NCBI GenBank assembly: GCA_002497295.1
Contig: DANO01000018.1
Span: 11,909 to 75,908 of the forward strand
DNA length: 64,000 bases
Origin: Euryarchaeota archaeon UBA171
Lineage (GTDB): Archaea; Thermoplasmatota; Poseidoniia; Poseidoniales; Thalassarchaeaceae
Reading direction: 5' to 3'
Both the position numbers and the translations under genes were made by a program. Each line of letters opens with the position of its first letter. The first letter of the stretch is position 1. The notes below the pieces were generated by a model. It ran no database searches. It was not told where the DNA came from and was given only the letters and a program-made list of their open reading frames with translations. Shown here one piece after another: positions 1-8,522 of the stretch.

Positions 1-2
1 TT

Positions 3-3000
3 AGTGGAGCAACTCTTGCCGTCTCTTCTGGAATATGGGTCGAAGACTCCGTTTTGTTGATATCAGATACAGAGATAGAGAAATCGGATAATGGGATTTT
101 CGTACGCCACATATCCGAGGGATTCACGACACGCCCCACTCTGGAGAATATCTCCATCTCCAATTCGAAGTATCGCGGAATAATGGTTGAACAGTACAAT
201 CGATCCAAGTGGAATGATCTGAATGTGAATGCAATTATCAGGAATGCCACTGTTTCTGGAACAGGAGGGCCCGACTCAGAAACACAGGGCCTCGCCATCG
301 CAGCTGTTGAACTAAACACTAGTGGTGCATTTATCGAAGGCTTGAATCTAATTTCTAATCACGCTACTGGGCTCAAGGCATACATGATTGATGGCACATC
401 TGTATTCAGAAACATCACATCTTCCGACGACGGCTCAAGAAATCTCGGATCCGGCCCAGGGGAAATGGCCGGCATATATCTCAGAAGTGCTAGTTGGCCT
501 GTAACGTTGGAAGATATTAGCGTGACAGGCGCGCAAGGCTCCGGAATCCTCCTCTGGAAGGGAGGGGCAACTGGATACAATTGGACTACTACTCAGAATG
601 GTGGCGTAGGTATCGATGTCAGGGAGTTCCATCCAGAGGTAATAGGTATCGCATCTTCGATGAATCAACTCTCTGGTGTACGAATCATGGACTCATCTAA
701 TGTTTGGATAGAGAATGCTCTTACTTCCGGAAATGGCGCTATGGCGACGATAAATTCGGAAGGGGCAGGGTTTTCATTCATCCGTTCAAACGATTTTATC
801 AGTTCGGGCAAGAATGTGAGTTGTGTAAACTGCACATCCAATGGAGATAAAGTGGGTTTTTCCATTGTCGATAGCATAGATCTGCAGCTGATTGGGATTA
901 GCTCTGTTTTCCCATTATCCGGACTTGCAATATCTGGAGATGGGACCAATCTTCAGAGAAATGGTCCAGTTTTAATCCACGGAGCAGACTTGCAGACAGA
1001 TTCAATCAGTCCTGCTGTCGTAATGCAGTCGATCGACGCCCATCTTCTTGATGTGTCGATATCCGGAATATCTGGAGGGCTAGAGTGGTCCCCCTCTGGA
1101 TCATCAGAATCGAGTATGTTCAACAGTCAGATCACAGGAATCAGCGGATGTGCCTCATTCTCAGGATTCTATTCCCTGGCCATCGAGAATGTAATCTTTA
1201 ATTGCACCACTCAAAATTCGCCTTCATTCACCTCATCAAGCGTATCGCTGAGTGACGTCGAATTAATCGGCCCATCCTCTCTAAACCTCTCATCAGGAAG
1301 CATCGTAAATTGGGTCTCTTCCTCGCCGATCACTGAGCCATCATCGGACGATGATGACGATTTGCTAAACATCTCATGGAGGATTCAAGCAGCGGCAGTC
1401 AATCAAAACGGATATGGAATACCGTATGCAGAATTGAACCTCTCATTCGATTCACTTCAGCAAGACCAGATTCTGATTTTGCCCTATTCTGGTAGGTCAA
1501 ATACCGGTCCATACGTGGGCCAATCCTGGAATAATAGTTCAGGCTGGTCTCCCGTAGCCAGTGTACAAGGTGTTTGCTCCTATGGCGGCCACAGCAACTC
1601 AACAGACATCATGCTCCTGAATCAAGATATTTCGATGGTATGTGAAATTGATTTACCCAATCAACCCCCATTTGTCGTCTGGGACTCACCCAAAGATGGG
1701 TCGATTTTCGGGAGTTCGGACATGGTCATCCTGAATGCCACTCATTCATGGGATATGGATGATGACTCACTCACATACTTGTGGACAAGTTCGATTGATG
1801 GTATCTTAGCGGGGCCATCCGCTGGATCATCATATGTAATAGCGAATAGTGGACATGAGGCTGCTCCAAATCTAAGTGATGGTCAACATACTATCACTCT
1901 CGAGGTCTGCGACTCGACAGGCCTATGTTCGATCGAACAACGTTCAATCGAATTACTCAACCTCCCGCCTTCTGTATCCGTCGAAGCATCGCCTCAAATC
2001 TCTCCATTCGGGGTCATGAGTCTCGGAATGACGAGAAATGCGACTGTCGACTTGTCTGGGACTTATGATCCAGAAGATGACTCCCTCCTGTGTTGGATTC
2101 GAACCAGCTACGGTGCGAACATGTCTCTCAGCCCGCCATGCAATACGGCCTTCTCGATTGGCTTTGATCCATCAGAAGATGCATTCACTGCAACAGTATC
2201 TGTGTATGATGGCTCAAATCAGCCAGTTTCATGGACCTTTACTGTCGATCATTTCAATGAGTTACCTGAGATAAATCACTCAATCACCCGATTAGGAACA
2301 ACATCAGAGGATATGCTGGACATAAGCTTCGAAGGAACCTTGGATCCCGAAGGAGATACTCTCCACCTTTCAATCGAATCTGATTTGGATGGAATCATAT
2401 GGTCTGGAATTGAGGAATCCGATGGAAACTCTTGGCAAGGACGACTTTCAAAGGGCTCGCACCTGCTAACGTTGAGTGCATGGGACAATAGCCCTGAGAA
2501 TACGGGCCGAAAATCGTATGAACAGGTAGAAATTGAAGTCATCAATTCAGACCCAAGATCTGTAATCGCCTTTCCCCATGAGGGTTACACGACAGACTCT
2601 TCAAATTTGGTTGAATTCAGTTCAACCGGGTCAGGAGATCAGGATTTACACTGTTTGGAACTCCCTCAAGAGGGGTGGGGCCTACTGTGTTCCCCAAAAG
2701 AGTCTTCGAATGATTTAGTCAGTGTTACGTGGAATCTCAATGACCAATTGGAACCGCTTTCAACCGAATGGAGTTTTCAGTCTCGGCTTCCAGAAGGAAG
2801 TCATATCCTGACCCTCACAGTGGATGATGGATTGGGGAATCCTGCATATTCATTTGTTAATGTCACTGTTTCTCCCTCTGCCCCTATCATCGTGATAGAT
2901 AGGCCAGAAGACGGCACGTCTTCCAAATCAAATGAGAAAGTGGTCTTCGATCTTCGTAACTCGTTTGACGCAGATGGAAACCCCTTCTCAATGACGATTT

Positions 3001-3926
3001 ACTCTGATGTGCTCGAGACACCCATATTGAAAGACGTAAATCCAAATCAAATTCATGAAAGATATCTCTCAACGGGACAGCATAATCTCACAATCATCCT
3101 TGAGGATTCCATAGGGTTCTCAAGAACCACTGGAATATCTTTACTAATTCTTCCAAGTGCCCCCGTTGTAACTATTGCTTCCCCACAAGATGGACGCTTC
3201 TTTCCCCCCGGCGATCGAGTACTCCTCGACTCCACGGGAACTTTAGATTATGATGGCGATCTATTGCTCTTGGAATGGACTCTTGCTGATGGCACAACTC
3301 TTGGCTTCAACTCGATTATGGAGGCCAATCTACCGCCTGGGCAGCATATCATCGTACTAACTGCGAAAGACTCTAGAGGAACATTTGACCAAGACTCCAT
3401 CTCAATAATGGTGGGTTCGAGTGCCCCATTCCTCTCTTCTCTTTCAGTATCTCCGGACAGTCTAAACAGTAAACAGGCCCAGACGATAAAGATACAAGTA
3501 TCTCTGGTCGATCTTGATGGAACATCTGACCAGGTATCGGCTGTGTTAACAGTTTCAGGGAATCCCACAGTGGTCGAATTGAACGATGATGGGGTATTTG
3601 GAGATTCAGTACCGGGCGATGGGGTGTGGACAAGGAATGTCCAGGTGTCCCCTGATGATAGTGATTGGATGAGAATCGATGTATGGGCCAGAGATGGTGA
3701 CACAGTAAGTCCGACGCTTACGGTTACTATCCCGATAGAGAATGATGATTCGGATTCAGAAATAATTCAGATTATTCTGATAGGGGGTGCGGCGGCAGTA
3801 GCTCTCCTTGGTATAATCGGCCTAGTCGTCGCTCGTTCGAGACGAGCCTCTACGATAGCAGATATAGAAATGATCGAGTCATGGCGAGGATTTACTTCCG
3901 ATCCAGAAGATGAAGCGTTCGAATAG
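3..3926 (+). CDS. Large cell-surface protein, 5' partial: parallel beta-helix repeats, tandem PKD/Ig-like domains, C-terminal TM anchor
   Basis: Frame is open from base 3. N-terminal G-I-x-I/N-rich beta-helix-like repeats, repeated 'S/T-x-D-x-D-G-D-x-L' PKD-type motifs, hydrophobic tail IILIGGAAAVALLGIIGLVV followed by RSRR. Confidence 0.75.
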   Translation, partial: SGATLAVSSGIWVEDSVLLISDTEIEKSDNGIFVRHISEGFTTRPTLENISISNSKYRGIMVEQYNRSKWNDLNVNAIIRNATVSGTGGPDSETQGLAIAAVELNTSGAFIEGLNLISNHATGLKAYMIDGTSVFRNITSSDDGSRNLGSGPGEMAGIYLRSASWPVTLEDISVTGAQGSGILLWKGGATGYNWTTTQNGGVGIDVREFHPEVIGIASSMNQLSGVRIMDSSNVWIENALTSGNGAMATINSEGAGFSFIRSNDFISSGKNVSCVNCTSNGDKVGFSIVDSIDLQLIGISSVFPLSGLAISGDGTNLQRNGPVLIHGADLQTDSISPAVVMQSIDAHLLDVSISGISGGLEWSPSGSSESSMFNSQITGISGCASFSGFYSLAIENVIFNCTTQNSPSFTSSSVSLSDVELIGPSSLNLSSGSIVNWVSSSPITEPSSDDDDDLLNISWRIQAAAVNQNGYGIPYAELNLSFDSLQQDQILILPYSGRSNTGPYVGQSWNNSSGWSPVASVQGVCSYGGHSNSTDIMLLNQDISMVCEIDLPNQPPFVVWDSPKDGSIFGSSDMVILNATHSWDMDDDSLTYLWTSSIDGILAGPSAGSSYVIANSGHEAAPNLSDGQHTITLEVCDSTGLCSIEQRSIELLNLPPSVSVEASPQISPFGVMSLGMTRNATVDLSGTYDPEDDSLLCWIRTSYGANMSLSPPCNTAFSIGFDPSEDAFTATVSVYDGSNQPVSWTFTVDHFNELPEINHSITRLGTTSEDMLDISFEGTLDPEGDTLHLSIESDLDGIIWSGIEESDGNSWQGRLSKGSHLLTLSAWDNSPENTGRKSYEQVEIEVINSDPRSVIAFPHEGYTTDSSNLVEFSSTGSGDQDLHCLELPQEGWGLLCSPKESSNDLVSVTWNLNDQLEPLSTEWSFQSRLPEGSHILTLTVDDGLGNPAYSFVNVTVSPSAPIIVIDRPEDGTSSKSNEKVVFDLRNSFDADGNPFSMTIYSDVLETPILKDVNPNQIHERYLSTGQHNLTIILEDSIGFSRTTGISLLILPSAPVVTIASPQDGRFFPPGDRVLLDSTGTLDYDGDLLLLEWTLADGTTLGFNSIMEANLPPGQHIIVLTAKDSRGTFDQDSISIMVGSSAPFLSSLSVSPDSLNSKQAQTIKIQVSLVDLDGTSDQVSAVLTVSGNPTVVELNDDGVFGDSVPGDGVWTRNVQVSPDDSDWMRIDVWARDGDTVSPTLTVTIPIENDDSDSEIIQIILIGGAAAVALLGIIGLVVARSRRASTIADIEMIESWRGFTSDPEDEAFE

Positions 3927-4691
3927 TCAGTTATCGTCAAGTCCCCAAGGCGTTCTTTCTCTGGTTAGCCCCATCCTAAGGGTGAATAGTGACATAAGAT
4001 TGCCAAACCCGTCTCTCCATGTGTTAATTTCAGCTTCGCCAACTCTCGACCTGTATGGCACGCTAATCTCCCTTCTACGGCTGCTTGCTAATTTCGTCAT
4101 ACATCGAATCTTGAATTCTTGAGACATTGCCATTCCATCATGCTTGGGCCGGAGATCTTTGCGATCAAGAATACTACGTCTGAAGACCCACATACCGCTC
4201 TGTGAATCTGAAATGGGTGCGAAGAAGAGAAGCCTCGTAAAGAAGGTGAGAGTCTTATTCCCAAGACTGTGGAGTATTGACATAGAGCCATCTTCTGCCT
4301 TTGAGAGTCTGTCACACGTGATAAAATCCAAATCTTCGTCAATCAGCATCTTGACCAGAGAAGGGATTTCTTCTCCAGGATATGTGCAGTCAGCGTCCAT
4401 TGTCACGATTATATCAGCATCAGAGAGAGCGAATCCTGTTCTGTAGGCCCGCCCGTATCCTTTCCTTTCTTCTAAGTGAACTCTCGCACCCACATTTTCT
4501 GCCAGCTCCCTTGTCCTGTCCTTTGAGTTTCCATCTACAACTATGAATCCAAGTTCACGACACCATTTTCCAGTGGGCACTGATTTGATTGTATCGACAA
4601 TGGCTGCCTCTTCGTTCCTTGTCGGTATTACAACATCGACGCGCACGTCTATACTGTTGCCGGCCATACCCTTTCCACTGATTTCTCCCAC
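3927..4691 (-). CDS. Glycosyltransferase family 2 (polyprenol-phosphate glycosyltransferase-like)
   Basis: VVIPTRNEE, VVDGNSKDRT, GYGRA, MDAD, DSQSG motifs. Start may be ATG 4667. Confidence 0.9.
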   Translation of the reverse strand: MGEISGKGMAGNSIDVRVDVVIPTRNEEAAIVDTIKSVPTGKWCRELGFIVVDGNSKDRTRELAENVGARVHLEERKGYGRAYRTGFALSDADIIVTMDADCTYPGEEIPSLVKMLIDEDLDFITCDRLSKAEDGSMSILHSLGNKTLTFFTRLLFFAPISDSQSGMWVFRRSILDRKDLRPKHDGMAMSQEFKIRCMTKLASSRRREISVPYRSRVGEAEINTWRDGFGNLMSLFTLRMGLTRERTPWGLDDN

Positions 4692-4755
4692 TTAACGACT
4701 AGTGGTACGTTCATGCCGGCGAATACTTCATTTCTCCAAGTCTTGAGTGAGTGGT

Positions 4756-5847
4756 ATGAGTGGCGATGCCCGACTAGGTACAAGCGGACTCAGATTACGC
4801 ACTGCGACCAACTTGGCCGTGTTGATGTTTGTCGTGATAATCGCTATCAAGGAACTTTCAACAATCATCCAGCCAATGGTTGTAGCTATATTCCTATTTT
4901 TCGCAATACGCCCTCCTGCATCATGGCTTGAAGATAGATTCGGGCATCCATTGTTGTCATATAGCGCAATCTTAGTCACTTTCCTCGGCGGTATACTTCT
5001 TGTTAGTCAGATACTATACTCTAGCCTATCTGAATTCTCGAGCGAAGTAGACAATCTAACGCCCATATTCAACGAACGTCTCGAGCAGGTGGAGGGGATG
5101 GAATTCTACGGGTATAGCATTGATCTTGCTGGCTTGAAAACAGTGATATCGATTGAAGAGATAAATCGTCTAGTCACTGAGTTCATAGGCTCTCTAGCCT
5201 CATTCACTGCTAATCTACTGACTGTTCTGATATTCTTGGCTTTCATCATTCTAGAAGCTGAATCTCTTCCAAGAAGGATTATGGCCGCCTTTCCCGCCGA
5301 ATCAGCACGCTTCGACAATATTGCCAACAAGGCGGAGCGAAACATCAACGTGTACATCAAAACAAAGGCAACTGTTGCTTTCGGGCAGGCAGTCATTGCA
5401 GGCATCGCATTGACTTTATTCGATATACCAGGGGCATTTATCTGGGCATTCTTGGTTTTCCTTCTAGATTTCATACCCTATCTCGGTGCGCTTCTTTCAT
5501 TCATACCCCCGGTCATTCTCGCATTCATCATACTGGAACCGGCCGGATTCCTCGCAGTCGTATTCATTCTGGTTGCAAATCAGCAGGTTTGGGGAAGCAT
5601 AGTCGAACCCCAGTTAGCCGGGCAGAGGTTGGATATGTCGCCCATAGTTCTCCTGGCCCTGGTGGCTTTTTGGTATTGGGCGTGGGGCCTCACGGGAATG
5701 ATCCTCGGCGTACCTCTGGCAGTCATTATGAAGATCTTACTCGAGTCGGATGAGCGCACACTGCCAATTGCAATTATGCTATCGAGAAATCCACCCTCAT
5801 CTGTGGACAACAACGATCAGGTTTCCATCGGTCGAGACTCTGAGTAG
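4756..5847 (+). CDS. AI-2E family transporter
   Basis: Multi-TM; FIPYLG, VEPQLAG..LDMSP, WGLTGMILGVPL motifs. Confidence 0.9.
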   Translation: MSGDARLGTSGLRLRTATNLAVLMFVVIIAIKELSTIIQPMVVAIFLFFAIRPPASWLEDRFGHPLLSYSAILVTFLGGILLVSQILYSSLSEFSSEVDNLTPIFNERLEQVEGMEFYGYSIDLAGLKTVISIEEINRLVTEFIGSLASFTANLLTVLIFLAFIILEAESLPRRIMAAFPAESARFDNIANKAERNINVYIKTKATVAFGQAVIAGIALTLFDIPGAFIWAFLVFLLDFIPYLGALLSFIPPVILAFIILEPAGFLAVVFILVANQQVWGSIVEPQLAGQRLDMSPIVLLALVAFWYWAWGLTGMILGVPLAVIMKILLESDERTLPIAIMLSRNPPSSVDNNDQVSIGRDSE

Positions 5848-6405
5848 TGACGATTCTGAGATATTGTGTAATCCTCTTGTCGAGAGTGAGAAAAACTCGT
5901 TTTCAATCGACCATCTCCCACCTTTTAGTGTAACAGATTGACAAGGCTCAAGAGCAAAAACTGAGAAGTGTTTTCCAGGTTCAATATCAATCAAAAAATC
6001 AATACAACCAGGAGCAACTCTGTAACTCACAGTTTGACTGGAGTGAAGCCTCATTGTGACCTCACTCGGTGCCTCAACGACTGAACCCCATATCCCTAGT
6101 TGATGCCCCTCACATCCACCCTCTATCCCAATCACGTCCATCTGATCATATCCTTTCTTGTACAGATATCGAATCGCCTTCGAAAGATCACTGGACTCCT
6201 GATTTTCAAGTTGAATTTTCTCAACACCTTCGTGTGAATTTTGAGTCGAGTCCAAATCACCGAGAATAATATCAACTTGGACGCCAGCTCTTAGTGCCCG
6301 ATCGCTACCTCCGTCTATTCCCACTATCAGGTCGGCTTCAGAGATAAGCGATCTCCGAATATCCGCGGATGGCCCATTCGAGTTAAGCCACAATACAGCG
6401 CGCAT
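5797..6405 (-). CDS. thiN: Thiamine pyrophosphokinase
   Basis: IDGG, GDLDS, QESSDLSKA and C-terminal LKG.RW...STRGLHN motifs. Confidence 0.8.
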   Translation of the reverse strand: MRAVLWLNSNGPSADIRRSLISEADLIVGIDGGSDRALRAGVQVDIILGDLDSTQNSHEGVEKIQLENQESSDLSKAIRYLYKKGYDQMDVIGIEGGCEGHQLGIWGSVVEAPSEVTMRLHSSQTVSYRVAPGCIDFLIDIEPGKHFSVFALEPCQSVTLKGGRWSIENEFFSLSTRGLHNISESSLLRVSTDGNLIVVVHR

Positions 6406-7421
6406 TACCTGGACCTCGACATATATTTTCCATCTACGACGAGCGCCTTGCCATCAATTTCAATCGTTGGTTTGATGAGGAGTCCTCGGACATTGGTTGA
6501 AACATTTGCAGAGCCACCAAGACCCGAATTATTGCCAAACGCAAACATGGCGCCTCCTCTCCAGCATTGATCTTCAAGAAGACCGAGACCTCTCTTGGCT
6601 CTTGGATTCATGCCGAAACTGAACTCTGAGAAGGTTCTGACAAGATGCCCCTTGCCCGATCGCATTCCCTCTGATGCCAATTCGAATTCTGATTCAATGT
6701 CTGCAGAAATAGGATCGCCCGTTGCAGATGATAACAACCCGTCTTTGATCACAATCTGCAGCGGCTTCCCAAGCTCACTACCTTCCCATGAGCCATTGAG
6801 AATGAGCCTTCCTTGAGCAGTGCCCTCCTTGGGCATGACAAATACTCTCCCAGCAGGTAGATTCGTGACTTGCCCCGGACGAGTGCAAATGCCTGTATCC
6901 TCCAGTATCCATCTACTTCCTGATTGGAAGCGCAAATCAGTTCCAAGAGAACTTGTGACTCTGACTTCACGTGCTCTTCGAAGTCTAGACCCCATACTCG
7001 CGATTTCAGTCGCCATTGCGTTATGGTCCGCTGTAAATCCGCCTCTGGCAAATGACTCAACCCCAACTCCTGGAATTGATGCTATTCTTGCACCCTCTTT
7101 CGAGGCCGCAGCCCTTGCCCTTGTATGAGTCATCGACTTCGTGGTCAAGAGAAATATCACGTCCTGTCTCCTCATCAAATCGGATACAGGAGAAGGCGGC
7201 TCAATCCCTTGCTCTTCGAGTTCCGGCATCATCATCATCAGCACTCTTGAAGTTACTTCAGAAGACGCCTCATACACTGCTCTTGCAATTTTAGTCGTCT
7301 TGGTGTCGGTTACGATAAGTACATTCTCATGCTCTCGAACTTCCAAGCATGAATGAATAACCGTCCTCGCAGATATCAGTAGGTCTTCCTCACTAACATC
7401 TATTTCACTTGATTCAACCAC
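6405..7421 (-). CDS. M29/aminopeptidase T-like homolog with degenerate metal ligands
   Basis: ENVLIVTD, EPP..V, SMTHT.AR, GARIAS.PG, GTDL.F, NLPAG, FG.NP, G.N...GG, PTIEIDG scaffold. GGAGGTG Shine-Dalgarno upstream. Confidence 0.75.
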   Translation of the reverse strand: MVESSEIDVSEEDLLISARTVIHSCLEVREHENVLIVTDTKTTKIARAVYEASSEVTSRVLMMMMPELEEQGIEPPSPVSDLMRRQDVIFLLTTKSMTHTRARAAASKEGARIASIPGVGVESFARGGFTADHNAMATEIASMGSRLRRAREVRVTSSLGTDLRFQSGSRWILEDTGICTRPGQVTNLPAGRVFVMPKEGTAQGRLILNGSWEGSELGKPLQIVIKDGLLSSATGDPISADIESEFELASEGMRSGKGHLVRTFSEFSFGMNPRAKRGLGLLEDQCWRGGAMFAFGNNSGLGGSANVSTNVRGLLIKPTIEIDGKALVVDGKYMSRSR

Positions 7422-7523
7422 GCGCGCTACACCTCCGATATACTACTCGCCTACGGTCGACCTTGGTAAAACGTCTGTATCAAAATACGCCATCCCTCAA
7501 CAAAAACATTCCAAGATTTCCAT

Positions 7524-8354
7524 CTACTGGGTAAGTCTGGCTCTCGATACTTCCTTTGACACGGATAATGCATTCGTGCCAATTTCTGAGACTTTCCATT
7601 TCGGCCTTCTGCCGTTCGAAGCCGTTTCAACCATTTCTGATTGACGCAATTCTCTGAGATGGTGGCTGAGTAACTGTCTCGATATCGACATTTTGTTCTG
7701 AATTTCCTTTCCAGTCAATCCAAATTGGCCTGATTTAGCAAGTATCTCCAACACAGCCAGTCGAGTTCCCACTATTGGATTTCGTATACGCCCAATTTCT
7801 TCTTTGGATAACTTGGATACTGCATACCGCCTTAGTTTACCATCGCGCCAAGAAATGACTTCTCCACGACTCTCGAGAAGATGTAGGTGATACGATGTCA
7901 CTCCATTAGCTAGACCAAGACCATCTCTAAGAGCTGAGAAATGTATTCCTGCATTACCTTCGAGATAGCCAAGAATACGCCCCCGTGTCAGCATATCGTC
8001 GCGACTACTCTTCATCCCAGCCACCAAGGGAGAGATCAAGGCAGCTAATACTGCAACTTTCACAAATTCAAGAACAAATGAACCCAGTATTAGGGATCCA
8101 ATAATTCCTATGCCACCAGCCAGCAAGCCACTGGAGAGAGGGGACTCAGAATGTTCAGCCTCCCTGTTGCTACTCCCTCGCCCATCGTCTTCATCTGAAT
8201 CGGCTGCGTATTCAGCCTCAAGAGCAAGATCATCCGATTCATCATCAATCGATAAGACAGAATTTTCTGATGGAGAATATGCGATCCACATGCTGGAGAG
8301 TATCGCAGATATAGCGAATAAAGTTATGATTCTGACGACAATGACGTCTTTCAT
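7524..8354 (-). CDS. Membrane-anchored transcriptional regulator with tandem winged HTH domains
   Basis: N-terminal hydrophobic segment, acidic loop, TM segment, then RGRILGYLEGNAGIHFSAL...YHL..LE and SRQLLSHHLREL HTH motifs. Confidence 0.8.
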   Translation of the reverse strand: MKDVIVVRIITLFAISAILSSMWIAYSPSENSVLSIDDESDDLALEAEYAADSDEDDGRGSSNREAEHSESPLSSGLLAGGIGIIGSLILGSFVLEFVKVAVLAALISPLVAGMKSSRDDMLTRGRILGYLEGNAGIHFSALRDGLGLANGVTSYHLHLLESRGEVISWRDGKLRRYAVSKLSKEEIGRIRNPIVGTRLAVLEILAKSGQFGLTGKEIQNKMSISRQLLSHHLRELRQSEMVETASNGRRPKWKVSEIGTNALSVSKEVSRARLTQ

Positions 8355-8400
8355 CGACTCTTGAAATCCAACCCTCCCCTATGATTGCCGTGGTGAGTTG

Positions 8401-8476
8401 ATTTGACAAATAATAGAATCAACTCGGACAGAATGCCTTGATTATATATTCAAAAATAAATAATAATTTGTCAAAT
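8401..8476. promoter_or_regulatory. Two palindromic operator candidates ATTTG(A/T)CAAAT in a divergent promoter region
   Basis: ATTTGACAAAT at 8401-8411 and ATTTGTCAAAT at 8466-8476; together they form a perfect 13-bp inverted repeat (8399-8411 / 8466-8478). Confidence 0.7.
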
Positions 8477-8522
8477 CATAATACCAAGTCGTTCATATCT
8501 TAAGGTGTGCCGAGTTATTCCC

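Noticed and set aside
5797..5847. 51-bp overlap of convergent gene ends
   Set aside because: Short convergent overlaps recur throughout this compact window and need no special explanation.
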